Assembly (NCBI GenBank): GCA_964588955.1
Contig: CAZPQJ010000003.1
Span: 42-64,041, forward strand
Direction of reading: 5' to 3'
DNA length: 64,000 nucleotides
Source of the DNA: an uncultured Gammaproteobacteria bacterium
Lineage (GTDB): Bacteria; Patescibacteriota; Patescibacteriia; UBA9934; CAMTUG01
The notes below the pieces were generated by a model. It was given only the letters and a program-made list of their open reading frames with translations. It did not search any database and was not told the DNA's origin. The position numbers were made by a program, and so were the translations under genes. Shown piece by piece: positions 8,457 to 18,196 of the stretch; position 1 is the stretch's first letter; each line of letters starts with the position of its first letter.

Positions 8457-8852
8457 ATGCAAGGCTTCACTACCAACATCGAAAAGCTGACGAGCGAAAA
8501 CGATAACTTCCGCAAGGTCTTATATACCGATAAGAACAGCCAGCTTGTGCTTATGTCGCTGCTTCCCGGAGAGGAGATTGGCGAGGAGGTTCATGACGTG
8601 GATCAGTTTTTGCGTGTGGAGACGGGTATTGGAACCGCGGTTTTGGACGGCGTTACCCATGCGATTGCCGACGGAAGCGTGGTGATTGTCCCAGCGGGGG
8701 TCAAACACAATATTATCAACAGTGACGCTGGTGCGATGAAGCTGTACACGTTGTACATGCCTCCCCACCATCGTGATGGAGTGGTGCACAAAACAAAAGC
8801 AGAAGGGGAAGCGGATGAGACAGATGTGTTTGATGGAAAGACGACGGAATAG
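8457..8852 (+). CDS. Cupin domain protein
   Basis: QLVLMSLLPGEEIGEEVH.VDQFLRVE, VPAGVKHNIIN. Confidence 0.9.
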   Translation: MQGFTTNIEKLTSENDNFRKVLYTDKNSQLVLMSLLPGEEIGEEVHDVDQFLRVETGIGTAVLDGVTHAIADGSVVIVPAGVKHNIINSDAGAMKLYTLYMPPHHRDGVVHKTKAEGEADETDVFDGKTTE

Positions 8853-8895
8853 TAAACATGATTTGTTGCGGTCGCGTAAGAAATGTTCATTATCT

Positions 8896-9381
8896 ATGAA
8901 ACAGAAGCGTTCTCGTGAGTACTTAGGACTGATTGTCGCCATCGTTATTTCTGAACTCGCTGGAGTCGTTGGATCGCTGTTTACGACGCGAGCCATTCCA
9001 ACCTGGTACGCCGGCCTTGTGAAACCCGCTGTGAATCCGCCGGGGTGGGTGTTTGCGCCAGTGTGGACCGCGCTCTACCTTTGCATGGGTGTGGCGGCGT
9101 TTTTGGTGTGGCGCAAGGGGTGGGGGAGTCAACAAGGAAAGGTCGCTCTTGCCTTGTTTGCTGTCCAGTGGGTGCTAAACGCGGGTTGGTCGATCATCTT
9201 CTTTGGCCTGCACAATCCCCAAGCAGCGTTTATGGAAATTGTGTTGCTCTGGATAGCGATCGTGGCAACCATCGTCGCGTTCGCGCGCGTACATAAACCC
9301 GCGGCTTGGCTGCTTGCACCGTATCTTGCCTGGGTGAGTTTCGCCACCTATCTCAACTATGCTCTTTGGAAGCTCAATTAA
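8896..9381 (+). CDS. tspO: TspO/MBR tryptophan-rich sensory protein
   Basis: WYAGLVKPAVNPPGWVFAPVWTALY, LAPYLAWVSFATYLN. Confidence 0.93.
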   Translation: MKQKRSREYLGLIVAIVISELAGVVGSLFTTRAIPTWYAGLVKPAVNPPGWVFAPVWTALYLCMGVAAFLVWRKGWGSQQGKVALALFAVQWVLNAGWSIIFFGLHNPQAAFMEIVLLWIAIVATIVAFARVHKPAAWLLAPYLAWVSFATYLNYALWKLN

Positions 9382-9826
9382 TATTCTAGATGCCGTTGGG
9401 TTGTTTTTGTTGTTAGCAGGGTTTGTGATTGGCCTTGGGGCAGTGACAGTGATTGACTTGCACGGTTTTCTTGGACGCAAATCTTCTTATTGGACAGAGG
9501 CAACGGTTCGAACGCATAAGGTGACAAAGCCGTTAATTTGGATTGGGATTTTGCTCGTTGTTGCGGGAGGTGGATTGTTTTATCGCCACGAGGCATTGGC
9601 AGGCATTCCACTTTTTCACACCATTGTTGCCGCCGTGCTGGTGGTCAACGGATTTTTCCTTTCCTTTGGCGTCAGTCCTTTTTTGCTGCGACGGGAAAAA
9701 GAAGGCCGAGCAGGTGAATTGCTGCCTGCGTCTTGGCAAAGAAAGATTACGATCAGTCTTCTTATTTCTGACTTCGGATGGTGGTCGTCTTTGGTTTTGC
9801 TTGTCATCTATATTTTGCAGCCTTGA
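9359..9826 (+). CDS. Hypothetical 4-TM membrane protein (start uncertain)
   Basis: Hydrophobic segments; GFVIGLGAVTVIDLHG. Confidence 0.75.
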   Translation: MLFGSSINILDAVGLFLLLAGFVIGLGAVTVIDLHGFLGRKSSYWTEATVRTHKVTKPLIWIGILLVVAGGGLFYRHEALAGIPLFHTIVAAVLVVNGFFLSFGVSPFLLRREKEGRAGELLPASWQRKITISLLISDFGWWSSLVLLVIYILQP

Positions 9827-9831
9827 TGTGT

Positions 9832-10353
9832 ATGATGAAACCACGCAAACACAAGACCGTTCTTGTCCGTGATCGTATGCAAACAGGCTATCGCTATGAA
9901 CTCTCCGCACCGGCGGGGAGAAATTTTGATCCGGAATTTACCCCAGAGTTAACGCCGAAAGAGATGCTTGCCCTGGGCGTTTTTGGCGGCAAGTACATGA
10001 CCGATTGCCAAAAGGAGTTTCCTAAAAGTTGGTTTACGCGCGCCAAACTTTCCGCTGTCCATAACGACCATCTGAATTACTTTCATCAGCACGCCAGCCA
10101 GCCCTTGCGGGTTTGGAAAGAGAAGGGTTGGATCAATCAACAGCACGATCCTCGCGGCTGGTTTCAATGGTATTGTCGTTACTACATGGGCAGACGACTT
10201 GGTGTTGAAGACGAGCGACAAATCAAGCGGTGGAAAGCTATGACGCGCCACATTGCGCAGGTGAAAAAACAGTGTCGCCCTGGCGACCTTACGTGCCGTC
10301 CCGCGCAGCGCCAAGCGCTTCTGCATTGGGCTTATGATAGTAGGAAATGGTAG
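9832..10353 (+). CDS. Conserved hypothetical protein (Trp/Tyr-rich)
   Basis: LTPKEMLALGVFGGKY, DPRGWFQWYCRYYMGRR, QRQALLHWAYD. Confidence 0.85.
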   Translation: MMKPRKHKTVLVRDRMQTGYRYELSAPAGRNFDPEFTPELTPKEMLALGVFGGKYMTDCQKEFPKSWFTRAKLSAVHNDHLNYFHQHASQPLRVWKEKGWINQQHDPRGWFQWYCRYYMGRRLGVEDERQIKRWKAMTRHIAQVKKQCRPGDLTCRPAQRQALLHWAYDSRKW

Positions 10354-10412
10354 GTTTTGTTCTGAACAATAAACTGATAGAATTCATGCATAACATATCT
10401 GTGAATATCTCT

Positions 10413-10841
10413 ATGCTTCCTATCAACGTTGGTTTCGTGCTTATTGCCGCGGTGGTCGCTTTTGTCCTCGGGTTCATGTTTCATGGCCCGATTTCCGGAA
10501 AGCTCTGGATGAAGCTGGCGGATATTCATCCAACCGGCAAGGAAAAAATGTCCGACATGTACGGCAAGATGTTTTGGAATTTGATGGTTAATGTTGTGAC
10601 CGCTGGAGTGATGGCGATGATCTTTGCTCTGGTGTTCACTTCCTCGCTGATGGGTCCGGCCACCTGGTATCGCGGAGCAATGATGGGAGGGTTCTTGTGG
10701 CTTGGCTTTCTGCTCACCTCATCGTCGATTGAAGTCATTTGGATGGGGCGCCGTTGGAAGTTGTGGCTCTTTGAAGCCGTGTGTTCGTTCATCACCATGG
10801 TGGTGATGGGGATGATCCTTGTCGTGCCGTTGGCTGTATAG
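10413..10841 (+). CDS. DUF1761 membrane protein
   Basis: VLIAAVVAFVLGFMFHGPISGKLWMKL; 4 TMs. Confidence 0.75.
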   Translation: MLPINVGFVLIAAVVAFVLGFMFHGPISGKLWMKLADIHPTGKEKMSDMYGKMFWNLMVNVVTAGVMAMIFALVFTSSLMGPATWYRGAMMGGFLWLGFLLTSSSIEVIWMGRRWKLWLFEAVCSFITMVVMGMILVVPLAV

Positions 10842-10855
10842 AATTTTGTCTTTGT

Positions 10856-11080
10856 ATGACACACAGCCTGCCAACAGACTTGCGCCAAGCGCTTGCTTCC
10901 ACTCCGGCGGCACAAGCGGTGTGGAACGATATAACGCCGCTCGCCCGCAACGAGTGGATTTGCTGGGTGACTTCTGGCAAAAAAGAAGAGACCCGAGGTA
11001 TTCGTATTGAGAAAGCACTTTCCAAACTCAAAGGTGGCATGCGCCGACCGTGCTGCTGGGCCGGTTGCCCACATCGTTAA
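10856..11080 (+). CDS. YdeI/OmpD-associated family protein
   Basis: LPTDLRQAL...WNDITPLARNEWICWVTSGKKEETR...RPCCWAGC. Confidence 0.85.
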   Translation: MTHSLPTDLRQALASTPAAQAVWNDITPLARNEWICWVTSGKKEETRGIRIEKALSKLKGGMRRPCCWAGCPHR

Positions 11081-11089
11081 TAATTATTT

Positions 11090-11425
11090 ATGAACTATTC
11101 GTTTATGATCAACAAAAAAATCTTCACGCACAGTTTAGGTTATTCCGTTGGCGCGATCGCCTACATTGCGGTTATTGCTATGCTCATGCGTAACGCGGAC
11201 GCGATATTCGGAAGGGGAGAAGAAACGATTTTGATTCCGGTTGGTGTTCTTCTCCTCCTGGTGGTCTCGGTAGCCACCATGGGGATGCTGGTGTTTGGCA
11301 AGCCACTCACACTCTACATCGACGGCAAAAAGCGCGAAGGTGTTGCTATGGCCGCGTGTACAATTGGACTCATGGCTGCTTTCACTGTTATCCTATTTGT
11401 CATCATGATTTTGGTACGCGGGTAA
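11090..11425 (+). CDS. Hypothetical membrane protein
   Basis: 3 TMs; LLLVVSVATMGMLVFGKP. Confidence 0.75.
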   Translation: MNYSFMINKKIFTHSLGYSVGAIAYIAVIAMLMRNADAIFGRGEETILIPVGVLLLLVVSVATMGMLVFGKPLTLYIDGKKREGVAMAACTIGLMAAFTVILFVIMILVRG

Positions 11426-11459
11426 TCTGTAATGCGTGAAGTATCTTGGTAGAACGCCT

Positions 11460-12371
11460 ATGCAAAAAATTACGCCCCACTTGTGGTTTGCCACCCAGGC
11501 AAAAGAGGCTGCCGAGTTTTATGCCTCCATTTTTCCAGAGTCTCAGGTGACGCACGTGAGCACCATTAAAGACACGCCGTCTGGTGATTGCGACATTGTT
11601 TCATTTAACCTGTGGGGCCAGTCATTTATGGCCATTAGCGCCGGGCCGCTGTTTACCTTTAATCCTTCGGTGTCCTTCATGGTCAATTTTGATCCTTCAC
11701 GCGATCCGGAGGCACCCACCCGGATTGATGCGGTATGGAACGCGTTAGCGGAAGACGGCAAGGTGTTGATGCCGATCGGTGTCTATCCATTTAGTGAGCG
11801 CTACGGCTGGGTGCAAGATAAATTCGGTCTTTCTTGGCAGGTGATTTTGACAAATCCAGCCGGTGAGCCGCGGCCGACGATCATTCCGTCGCTCCTGTTT
11901 GCTGGTAGTGCTTGTGGCAAAGCGGAAGAAGCCACGAATTTTTATTTGTCTGTGTTCAAACAAACAAAGCGTGGAACAATTGCTCGCTATCCAGCTGGGA
12001 TGGCTCCAGATAAAGAGGGGACGGTGATGTTTACCGATTATCAATTAGAAGGACAATGGTTTGCCACTATGGACAGTGCGCGTACGCCGGAAGCGGTGTT
12101 TAACGAAGCGATTTCGTTTGTGGTTCACTGTAACAGCCAAGAAGAGATTGATTACTATTGGGAAAAACTTTCGGCTGTGCCTGCGGCTGAGCAATGCGGC
12201 TGGTTGAAAGACGCCTACGGAGTCTCTTGGCAGATTGTGCCCACCCTTATGGAAACGTACATGAGCCAAGGCACGCCCGAACAAATCGCCCGCGTCACCC
12301 AAGCTTTCTTGCAAATGAAGAAGTTTGACCTGGCGAAGTTAACGCAGGCCTATGAACAACCACAGTCTTAA
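11460..12371 (+). CDS. VOC/PhnB-like protein (duplicated domain)
   Basis: QKITPHLWF...EAAEFY, YGWVQDKFGLSWQ, CGWLKDAYGVSWQIVP. Confidence 0.9.
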   Translation: MQKITPHLWFATQAKEAAEFYASIFPESQVTHVSTIKDTPSGDCDIVSFNLWGQSFMAISAGPLFTFNPSVSFMVNFDPSRDPEAPTRIDAVWNALAEDGKVLMPIGVYPFSERYGWVQDKFGLSWQVILTNPAGEPRPTIIPSLLFAGSACGKAEEATNFYLSVFKQTKRGTIARYPAGMAPDKEGTVMFTDYQLEGQWFATMDSARTPEAVFNEAISFVVHCNSQEEIDYYWEKLSAVPAAEQCGWLKDAYGVSWQIVPTLMETYMSQGTPEQIARVTQAFLQMKKFDLAKLTQAYEQPQS

Positions 12372-12390
12372 ATTGTCGAATGTATTTTCT

Positions 12391-12861
12391 ATGCGTCACC
12401 ACGTGAGACCCCTACACTTGGCCTGTATCCTTTCGACCGTTGTGCTTCTTGGCGCGGGTTGTACCAACGGTACATCGTCGACGTTGAATAACGACGGGGT
12501 CGGTGTGACAGAAAATGACCGAATTGCAGCTGGAACAACCATCAGTCGTTCAGACGCCTTAAGCCAATACTGGTATCAAATCGCTCGCAAGGTCAACGGA
12601 ACCGCTCCGATCGAAGCCTACTCATTTGATTCAGGAAATACCTATACCCTCGACGCGGATATTTCCTACGGTTTTGTCGACGCGTTGTATAACGGGGCGG
12701 GAGATGCGTTGACGTTTACTGCCGAAATTGATTCCGATGGTACGGCGACCGGAACAGACGATTTTGGCAACATGTGGGACTTTACTTTAGACATGGAATC
12801 ACCAATAGTTGAAGATGCCGTACAGTCATGGGCAACAGAAAATGGGTATACGATCGAGTAG
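12391..12861 (+). CDS. Putative lipoprotein
   Basis: LLGAGC lipobox-like signal. Confidence 0.7.
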   Translation: MRHHVRPLHLACILSTVVLLGAGCTNGTSSTLNNDGVGVTENDRIAAGTTISRSDALSQYWYQIARKVNGTAPIEAYSFDSGNTYTLDADISYGFVDALYNGAGDALTFTAEIDSDGTATGTDDFGNMWDFTLDMESPIVEDAVQSWATENGYTIE

Positions 12862-13021
12862 AACCCCTGCGGATGTTGCCGTCATAAAGCGTATACGAGA
12901 GATCGCCACGTTTCTTAAAGCGGTGAGGGAAAGATGAAAAGCAAGAGCGCACCCGACGAGCCGGAGCGGCAGGCCAGGTGGCTTGCTCTTGCTCCGCGCG
13001 AGTGCGCGATGTGGATGCGTG

Positions 13022-13486
13022 TCAGTCGGGTGCGGTTGTGACAGCGTCAGGTTCGATGTTCGGATACCCACAGCGATCAAGCGCTTCCAAAACCACGTCG
13101 TAGAAGGGCGTCCAGGCCGAGACTGAAGGGTCAGAGCTCGCGCTGGTACGTGCTTGTGAACGTTTGATGCTTTCCCGCCAGCGAGGATCGGGATCGAGGG
13201 CGAGACGCTTGATGATCTCGTCAAGCAGGCGATAGCTGTTGGTAGCGCTGAGCATGGTGCCTGCCAGTCCTTGGTCGCCTTCGGCCCAAGCAATATCCAG
13301 CAGGGCGATCAGGAACGGATCGTGGCGAGCTTCTTGCGCTGCGCGAGCTTCTTCGGAGAAGAAGAGCTCGTCCAGAACAGCGTCAAGCTGTTCATCCGAG
13401 AGAGTCTCGTAGGCCGCGGCATCGCGGATGACCATGGCGGCGTAGTTTTGGTAGTCTCGCGACGCCGAGCTCTTTAGTTCTTTCAT
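13022..13486 (-). CDS. Hypothetical helical protein (GC-rich, SD-led class)
   Basis: GAGGA-AAACGCC-ATG; TTGCCA-17-TATCTT upstream; codons mostly C/G-ending. Confidence 0.75.
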   Translation of the reverse strand: MKELKSSASRDYQNYAAMVIRDAAAYETLSDEQLDAVLDELFFSEEARAAQEARHDPFLIALLDIAWAEGDQGLAGTMLSATNSYRLLDEIIKRLALDPDPRWRESIKRSQARTSASSDPSVSAWTPFYDVVLEALDRCGYPNIEPDAVTTAPD

Positions 13487-13623
13487 GGCGTTTTCCTCTG
13501 TCTTGAGCGTTTGGAATCAGCACCGAGTCTCTTTTCCGAGACAGTTTAAGATATCTTACCTGAGGTTATTTGGCAAGGGGGTTGATTCAAACGGTGCGAT
13601 TTTTGCTATACTGAAAGCACGTT

Positions 13624-14715
13624 ATGGGAACACACAAAAAAGTTTTGCTATTTGGTTCGATGGGTGCTGTTCTTTTTGTGATTGGTTGGCAATTGGTTTT
13701 GTCGAACTCAACGGTGATTGCCGAGTCGGTCGATAGCACGCAACCGCCCGCTGAGTCGGTTCCAACGCTCGACACGGTGGCGTACGACGCCAAGTTAAAT
13801 CAACTGGCGCATGTTGAAGTGGTCGATTCGACCGATCCGACAGTGACTGCTCCCGAAGTGGTCGGACCGACGACCGAAGAGGCGGTGGAAACACTCTGGC
13901 CAGCCGAAGCGGTCTATCCCAACTACGGCGCCTTGTTGCCCTTTAATCGCATTGTCGCTTACTACGGCAATTTTTATTCGCGAGGGATGGGCGTGCTCGG
14001 CGAGTATTTGCCAGACACCGTCGTTGAAATGTTGAAAGGGGAAGTGGCCAAGTGGGAGGCGGCCGACGTGACCACGCCGGTGATCCCGGCGATTGATTAT
14101 ATTGCCGTGACCGCTCAAGCGAGTCCTGGCAAAGATGGCATGTATCGTTTGCGCATGCCAACGTCGCAGATCGACAAGGCAGTGGCTATGGCCGCAGAAG
14201 TTGATGGGATTGTGATTTTGGAAGTTCAGGCGGGATTAGCAGACGTGATGACCGAAGTGCGCCTGCTCGAACCATATTTGCAATTGCCACAAGTGCATTT
14301 GGCGATTGATCCGGAGTTTGCCATGGTTACTTCGGGGCGTGCGCCAGGAACGGTGGTGGGTACGGTCGACGCTACGCTCGTGAACGAAGCGGCTGCGTAC
14401 TTGGCAACGTTGGTGCAAGAACATCAGTTGACTCCAAAAATCCTGGTCATTCATCGCTACACTCAAGCGATGGTTACCAACGCCGAAGCCATCACTCCGC
14501 TACCAGAAGTGCAAATCGTCATGGACATGGACGGTTGGGGGTCGCCAGGATCAAAGATCAACACCTATCAATCCTTCTTGTTTCCTGAACCCGTGCAATT
14601 TACCGGTTTCAAATTGTTTTATTACAACGACGCTGCCCGCGTAGGAGCGCGGTTGTTGACTCCGGAAGAGATTTTACATCTCACCCCTTCGCCGTCATTT
14701 ATTCAGTATCAATAG
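13624..14715 (+). CDS. Secreted or membrane-anchored conserved protein (possible TIM barrel)
   Basis: N-terminal TM; RIVAYYG..MGVLGE, VHLAIDPEF, MDMDGWG, GFKLFY. Confidence 0.8.
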   Translation: MGTHKKVLLFGSMGAVLFVIGWQLVLSNSTVIAESVDSTQPPAESVPTLDTVAYDAKLNQLAHVEVVDSTDPTVTAPEVVGPTTEEAVETLWPAEAVYPNYGALLPFNRIVAYYGNFYSRGMGVLGEYLPDTVVEMLKGEVAKWEAADVTTPVIPAIDYIAVTAQASPGKDGMYRLRMPTSQIDKAVAMAAEVDGIVILEVQAGLADVMTEVRLLEPYLQLPQVHLAIDPEFAMVTSGRAPGTVVGTVDATLVNEAAAYLATLVQEHQLTPKILVIHRYTQAMVTNAEAITPLPEVQIVMDMDGWGSPGSKINTYQSFLFPEPVQFTGFKLFYYNDAARVGARLLTPEEILHLTPSPSFIQYQ

Positions 14716-15157
14716 TCCGTTGCCGCCAGTTCCAGACAAGCAAACAGAGGATTGAAACGGCCAGCATCACCACATCTTCCAAAACGCTCCCCCAGGTGAG
14801 CGGCCGCGCCAAGAAAACGCCGAAGCAGCCACAGACGCTGATGGGAATACCGCGCAGAAGCGTTATTGTTAACATCACCACAAAACCTATGTGGAGAATA
14901 ATCGCCGCCCAGGAAGCCAAGCGTTCTTGGAAAGCCAGCAGCAAGGCGAGCCCAATGCCGAGCTCGATGAAGGGGAGAGTGTATCCAATCAGCGGATAGA
15001 TGATGGGAAACGGTCCAAGTTGGTAATGCGAAAGGATCGCCACAAATCCCGGGATGTCGAGCAGTTTGCCGAGCCCAGTGGCTATCAATAAGCAGCCCAC
15101 GAATACACGGGGAAGGTGTAGAAGAAATGCGAAACGTTGAGAAAACATATTTTCCAT
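14699..15157 (-). CDS. MauE/DoxX family membrane protein
   Basis: GLGKLLDIPGF, LPFIELGIG, RGIPISVCGCFG. Confidence 0.85.
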   Translation of the reverse strand: MENMFSQRFAFLLHLPRVFVGCLLIATGLGKLLDIPGFVAILSHYQLGPFPIIYPLIGYTLPFIELGIGLALLLAFQERLASWAAIILHIGFVVMLTITLLRGIPISVCGCFGVFLARPLTWGSVLEDVVMLAVSILCLLVWNWRQRTIDTE

Positions 15158-15232
15158 TATCCTCTTTGGTGCCGTCGCACGCAATACTTTGAGCGCGAAA
15201 GGTATTTTGCTATACTTGAGTCAAATATTTTT

Positions 15233-17023
15233 ATGGTGATGGGAAAGGTATCTACGATGTTTAGTTTGGTCGTCTTTGCTGTCTGCGTCGGATTCGCCGC
15301 TCGTTCCGCTCACGCGGCGGAAGGGTTTATCACAACCTGGCAAACCGACAACCCGGGAGTTTCCGATGACAATCAAATCACCATTCCAACGAACGGCGGC
15401 GGACCGTCTTTTAACTACACGGTTGATTGGGGCGACGGCTCTACCAGCACCGGTCTTACAACAGACGCAACGCACACCTACGCCGACCCGGGAACGTACC
15501 AAGTCACGATTACTGGCAGTTTTCCGTATATTACCTTTGCTTTCGGCGGCGACGCGCAAAAACTTTTGTCGATTGATCAATGGGGAGATAATGTTTGGAC
15601 AAGTTTCGACAGCGCTTTCGCTGGGTGCACCAATTTGACGATCACAGCCACCGACGCGCCTAATCTATCCGCTAGTCCAGATCTTACCTACATGTTCCGT
15701 TTGTCTGGATTAACGAATGAGGATTTGAATAATTGGGACGTGAGTCGGATTTACAACACCATCGGAATGTTTCAAGACACCCCTTTTAACGGCAATATTA
15801 CAGGTTGGGACACCTATCATTTTACCAATATCTCGGCGATGTTTATTGCTGACACGGCGTTTAATCAAGATATTAGTGAGTGGGACACAGACACGGTGGT
15901 AAACATGAATGGCTTATTCAGCGGAGCTACCAGTTTCGCGCAAGATTTAAGCAAATGGAGAATCGGCAACGTCACCGACATGGGTGACATGTTTACCAAC
16001 GTGGACATGGGAGCGGAAAACTATGATGCTCTGCTTGCAAGTTGGTCGCAGCAATCGGTGCAGTCGGGGCTCACATTTAATGGTGGGCTGAGTGCTTATT
16101 GTGATGCGGAAGCGCGAGCGATTCTTACTAGCACGCCTCACAATTGGACGATAACGGATGGGGGAAATTATTGTTTGAGCACCGTCACAGCTCTCCCGTC
16201 TCGTTCCACGATTCAAGACGCGGTGTATACCTTTAGCGTGAGCGCAGCGGTCGATGCTGCCTTTGAAGCAGAGGACGGTGCCTATGTTTCCGATGAACCT
16301 GATTGCGCCGCCTGCGACGTGGTGATTGATCCGGTCGGTCACACCTTAACGTTTAACGGTTTGCAAAATGGCGATGTGTTGGATTTTTATTTTACCTTCG
16401 CCACCGACGACACCGAAACCAACGCTTTGCATGTAGGGCCAACAACGATCGGAACATCTTCGAGCGGGGGAGGGCGGCGAAGTAGGACGAGCTTTCAGCC
16501 GACGTTGGTCGATGTCCAAGAACCTCCAACAACAGGCATTTCTCCCTTTGATGGTTCGGTGGAGGATTTGACCCCGGTCGAGCCTGGTATGTTCGTGCGC
16601 GGTGAGCATTACGACACGGTCTATTATCTTGATGATGCCTTGCTCCGCCATCCGCTGTGGAACGCGCAAGTCTATTTTACCTGGCAAGATTCTTTTGACA
16701 CGATTATGTGGGTAACCGACGCTACTCTGCCGACGCTAACCCTTGGCGATCCGCTGCTGCCCAAAGCGGGCACGGTGCTCGTAAAATTGGAAAGTGATCA
16801 ACGTGTCTACGCGATCGGTGCAGGCGTACCTTCACCGTTACGGTTGATCGCCGATGAACAAATCGCCATTAATACCTTTGGCAACGATTGGGCAGATTAT
16901 GTGATAGACGTCGCGCCGACCTTGTTTGAACATTTTACGAGCGGCGAACAGATCACGCTCGGGGAATCTATCGACAAAACGCAGATGAGAAAACGTATGA
17001 CGCTCACAGAACGTAGTAGCTAA
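15233..17023 (+). CDS. Surface protein: PKD + DUF285 repeats + CPR-type C-terminal domain
   Basis: Signal peptide; YTVDWGDG (PKD); FNQDISEWDT..VVNM..LF repeats; C-terminal VYYLD..RHP.....YFTW. Confidence 0.85.
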   Translation: MVMGKVSTMFSLVVFAVCVGFAARSAHAAEGFITTWQTDNPGVSDDNQITIPTNGGGPSFNYTVDWGDGSTSTGLTTDATHTYADPGTYQVTITGSFPYITFAFGGDAQKLLSIDQWGDNVWTSFDSAFAGCTNLTITATDAPNLSASPDLTYMFRLSGLTNEDLNNWDVSRIYNTIGMFQDTPFNGNITGWDTYHFTNISAMFIADTAFNQDISEWDTDTVVNMNGLFSGATSFAQDLSKWRIGNVTDMGDMFTNVDMGAENYDALLASWSQQSVQSGLTFNGGLSAYCDAEARAILTSTPHNWTITDGGNYCLSTVTALPSRSTIQDAVYTFSVSAAVDAAFEAEDGAYVSDEPDCAACDVVIDPVGHTLTFNGLQNGDVLDFYFTFATDDTETNALHVGPTTIGTSSSGGGRRSRTSFQPTLVDVQEPPTTGISPFDGSVEDLTPVEPGMFVRGEHYDTVYYLDDALLRHPLWNAQVYFTWQDSFDTIMWVTDATLPTLTLGDPLLPKAGTVLVKLESDQRVYAIGAGVPSPLRLIADEQIAINTFGNDWADYVIDVAPTLFEHFTSGEQITLGESIDKTQMRKRMTLTERSS

Positions 17024-17058
17024 AACAAAAGCCCCGCCGGTTGGCGGGACTTTTTGTT
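17024..17058. terminator. Bidirectional intrinsic terminator
   Basis: AACAAAAGCCCCGCC-GGTT-GGCGGGACTTTTTGTT between convergent genes. Confidence 0.75.
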
Positions 17059-17066
17059 ATTGATGT

Positions 17067-17618
17067 TTAGGTAGCAGAGGCAGCGGGTGTGGGAAGCACA
17101 ATTGGCTGCGATTGCGTGATCGTCATCGGTTCCTCCCACAAACGTTCACCGTTGCGCAAGGCACGCGCGGCGTAACCGTTTGCCACGTTACAGCTATTGT
17201 GACATTGCACCGCATAGCTCACGTACGTGGGGTAGCTGTGCTTGTTTAAGTACCCAATCGTCCAGTTGGTCGAACAGACCAAGTCGGTGGCACAATCGGC
17301 ACTGATGTTATGCAACTTGTAGTGGATTTGGAAGTATCCAAGGGCGGCTCCGTGGTCACCAACAACGTCAGAGATGTTGCTGGACTCAATCCAGAGCATT
17401 CCAAGGAGAGTTTTGGCACACTCCTGACTATAGCCGTTGGCTTCACAAACTTTCAACAAAACTTCCTGCACCGTAGGTACGTAGACCTCTTCCGGTTGGG
17501 TCACAACAACGGGTTCCGCAACATCAATCGTGGTCGTTTGCGCCAAAGCTGTTTGGCCTTGGAGGATTTGCACGAGCACGAGGGCCGACATAGCGGTCTT
17601 CATCCAGGTACGTTTCAT
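17067..17618 (-). CDS. Secreted lysozyme-like / lytic transglycosylase protein
   Basis: Signal peptide; MLWIESS (catalytic Glu-Ser), GDHGAALGYFQI. Confidence 0.7.
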   Translation of the reverse strand: MKRTWMKTAMSALVLVQILQGQTALAQTTTIDVAEPVVVTQPEEVYVPTVQEVLLKVCEANGYSQECAKTLLGMLWIESSNISDVVGDHGAALGYFQIHYKLHNISADCATDLVCSTNWTIGYLNKHSYPTYVSYAVQCHNSCNVANGYAARALRNGERLWEEPMTITQSQPIVLPTPAASAT

Positions 17619-17838
17619 AAGGTGTATAGCTAAGGCTTAAAACAAACGACCGCTTTGCTTGCGGCCGACCGCCCAGGATATCACATTTTGGGGGATTTGT
17701 CAAGGCCTAGATGGCCATAATACTTGTACAGTTAGCCAAATTCTTACGTAAGAAATAGGCCGAAAACAGTCAATCTTAGAACAAGTTGCCAGTAAGCGAA
17801 GGGGATGTAATAATGAAGCCATTCTTTAAACCATTTTT

Positions 17839-18153
17839 ATGAAAACCTGCATCACCTGCGGTATGCCGCTTGAAGGGGAGCACGCTGACGCTTTCGCTGC
17901 CGACTTGCCCGAAGGCCCCATTTGTTCGTTTGATTACGAGAACGGCGCCATTAAACCAGCCGAAGCGATTTTTGAAGGCGGCGCGGCCTTCTTCGTCGAC
18001 GCGGTCGCGGACGGGGATCGTGCTTTGGCAGAACGACTGACACGCAAGAACATGAGCGCTCTGCCGTACTGGCAAGCCCATCCTTTTGCCGAGTTGCAGG
18101 GCGACATGGCCAGCGATGAAGAATTCGCCGCCGCCATGGCTCGGTTGTCATAG
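17839..18153 (+). CDS. Zinc-ribbon protein (Zn_ribbon_2-like)
   Basis: CITCGMPL...ICSFDYENG. Confidence 0.8.
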   Translation: MKTCITCGMPLEGEHADAFAADLPEGPICSFDYENGAIKPAEAIFEGGAAFFVDAVADGDRALAERLTRKNMSALPYWQAHPFAELQGDMASDEEFAAAMARLS

Positions 18154-18195
18154 AAATAAAAACACCCTTGATCTATTCCAAGGGTGTTTTTATTT
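18154..18195. terminator. Bidirectional intrinsic terminator
   Basis: AAATAAAAACACCCTTG...CAAGGGTGTTTTTATTT. Confidence 0.8.
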
Positions 18196-18196
18196 G

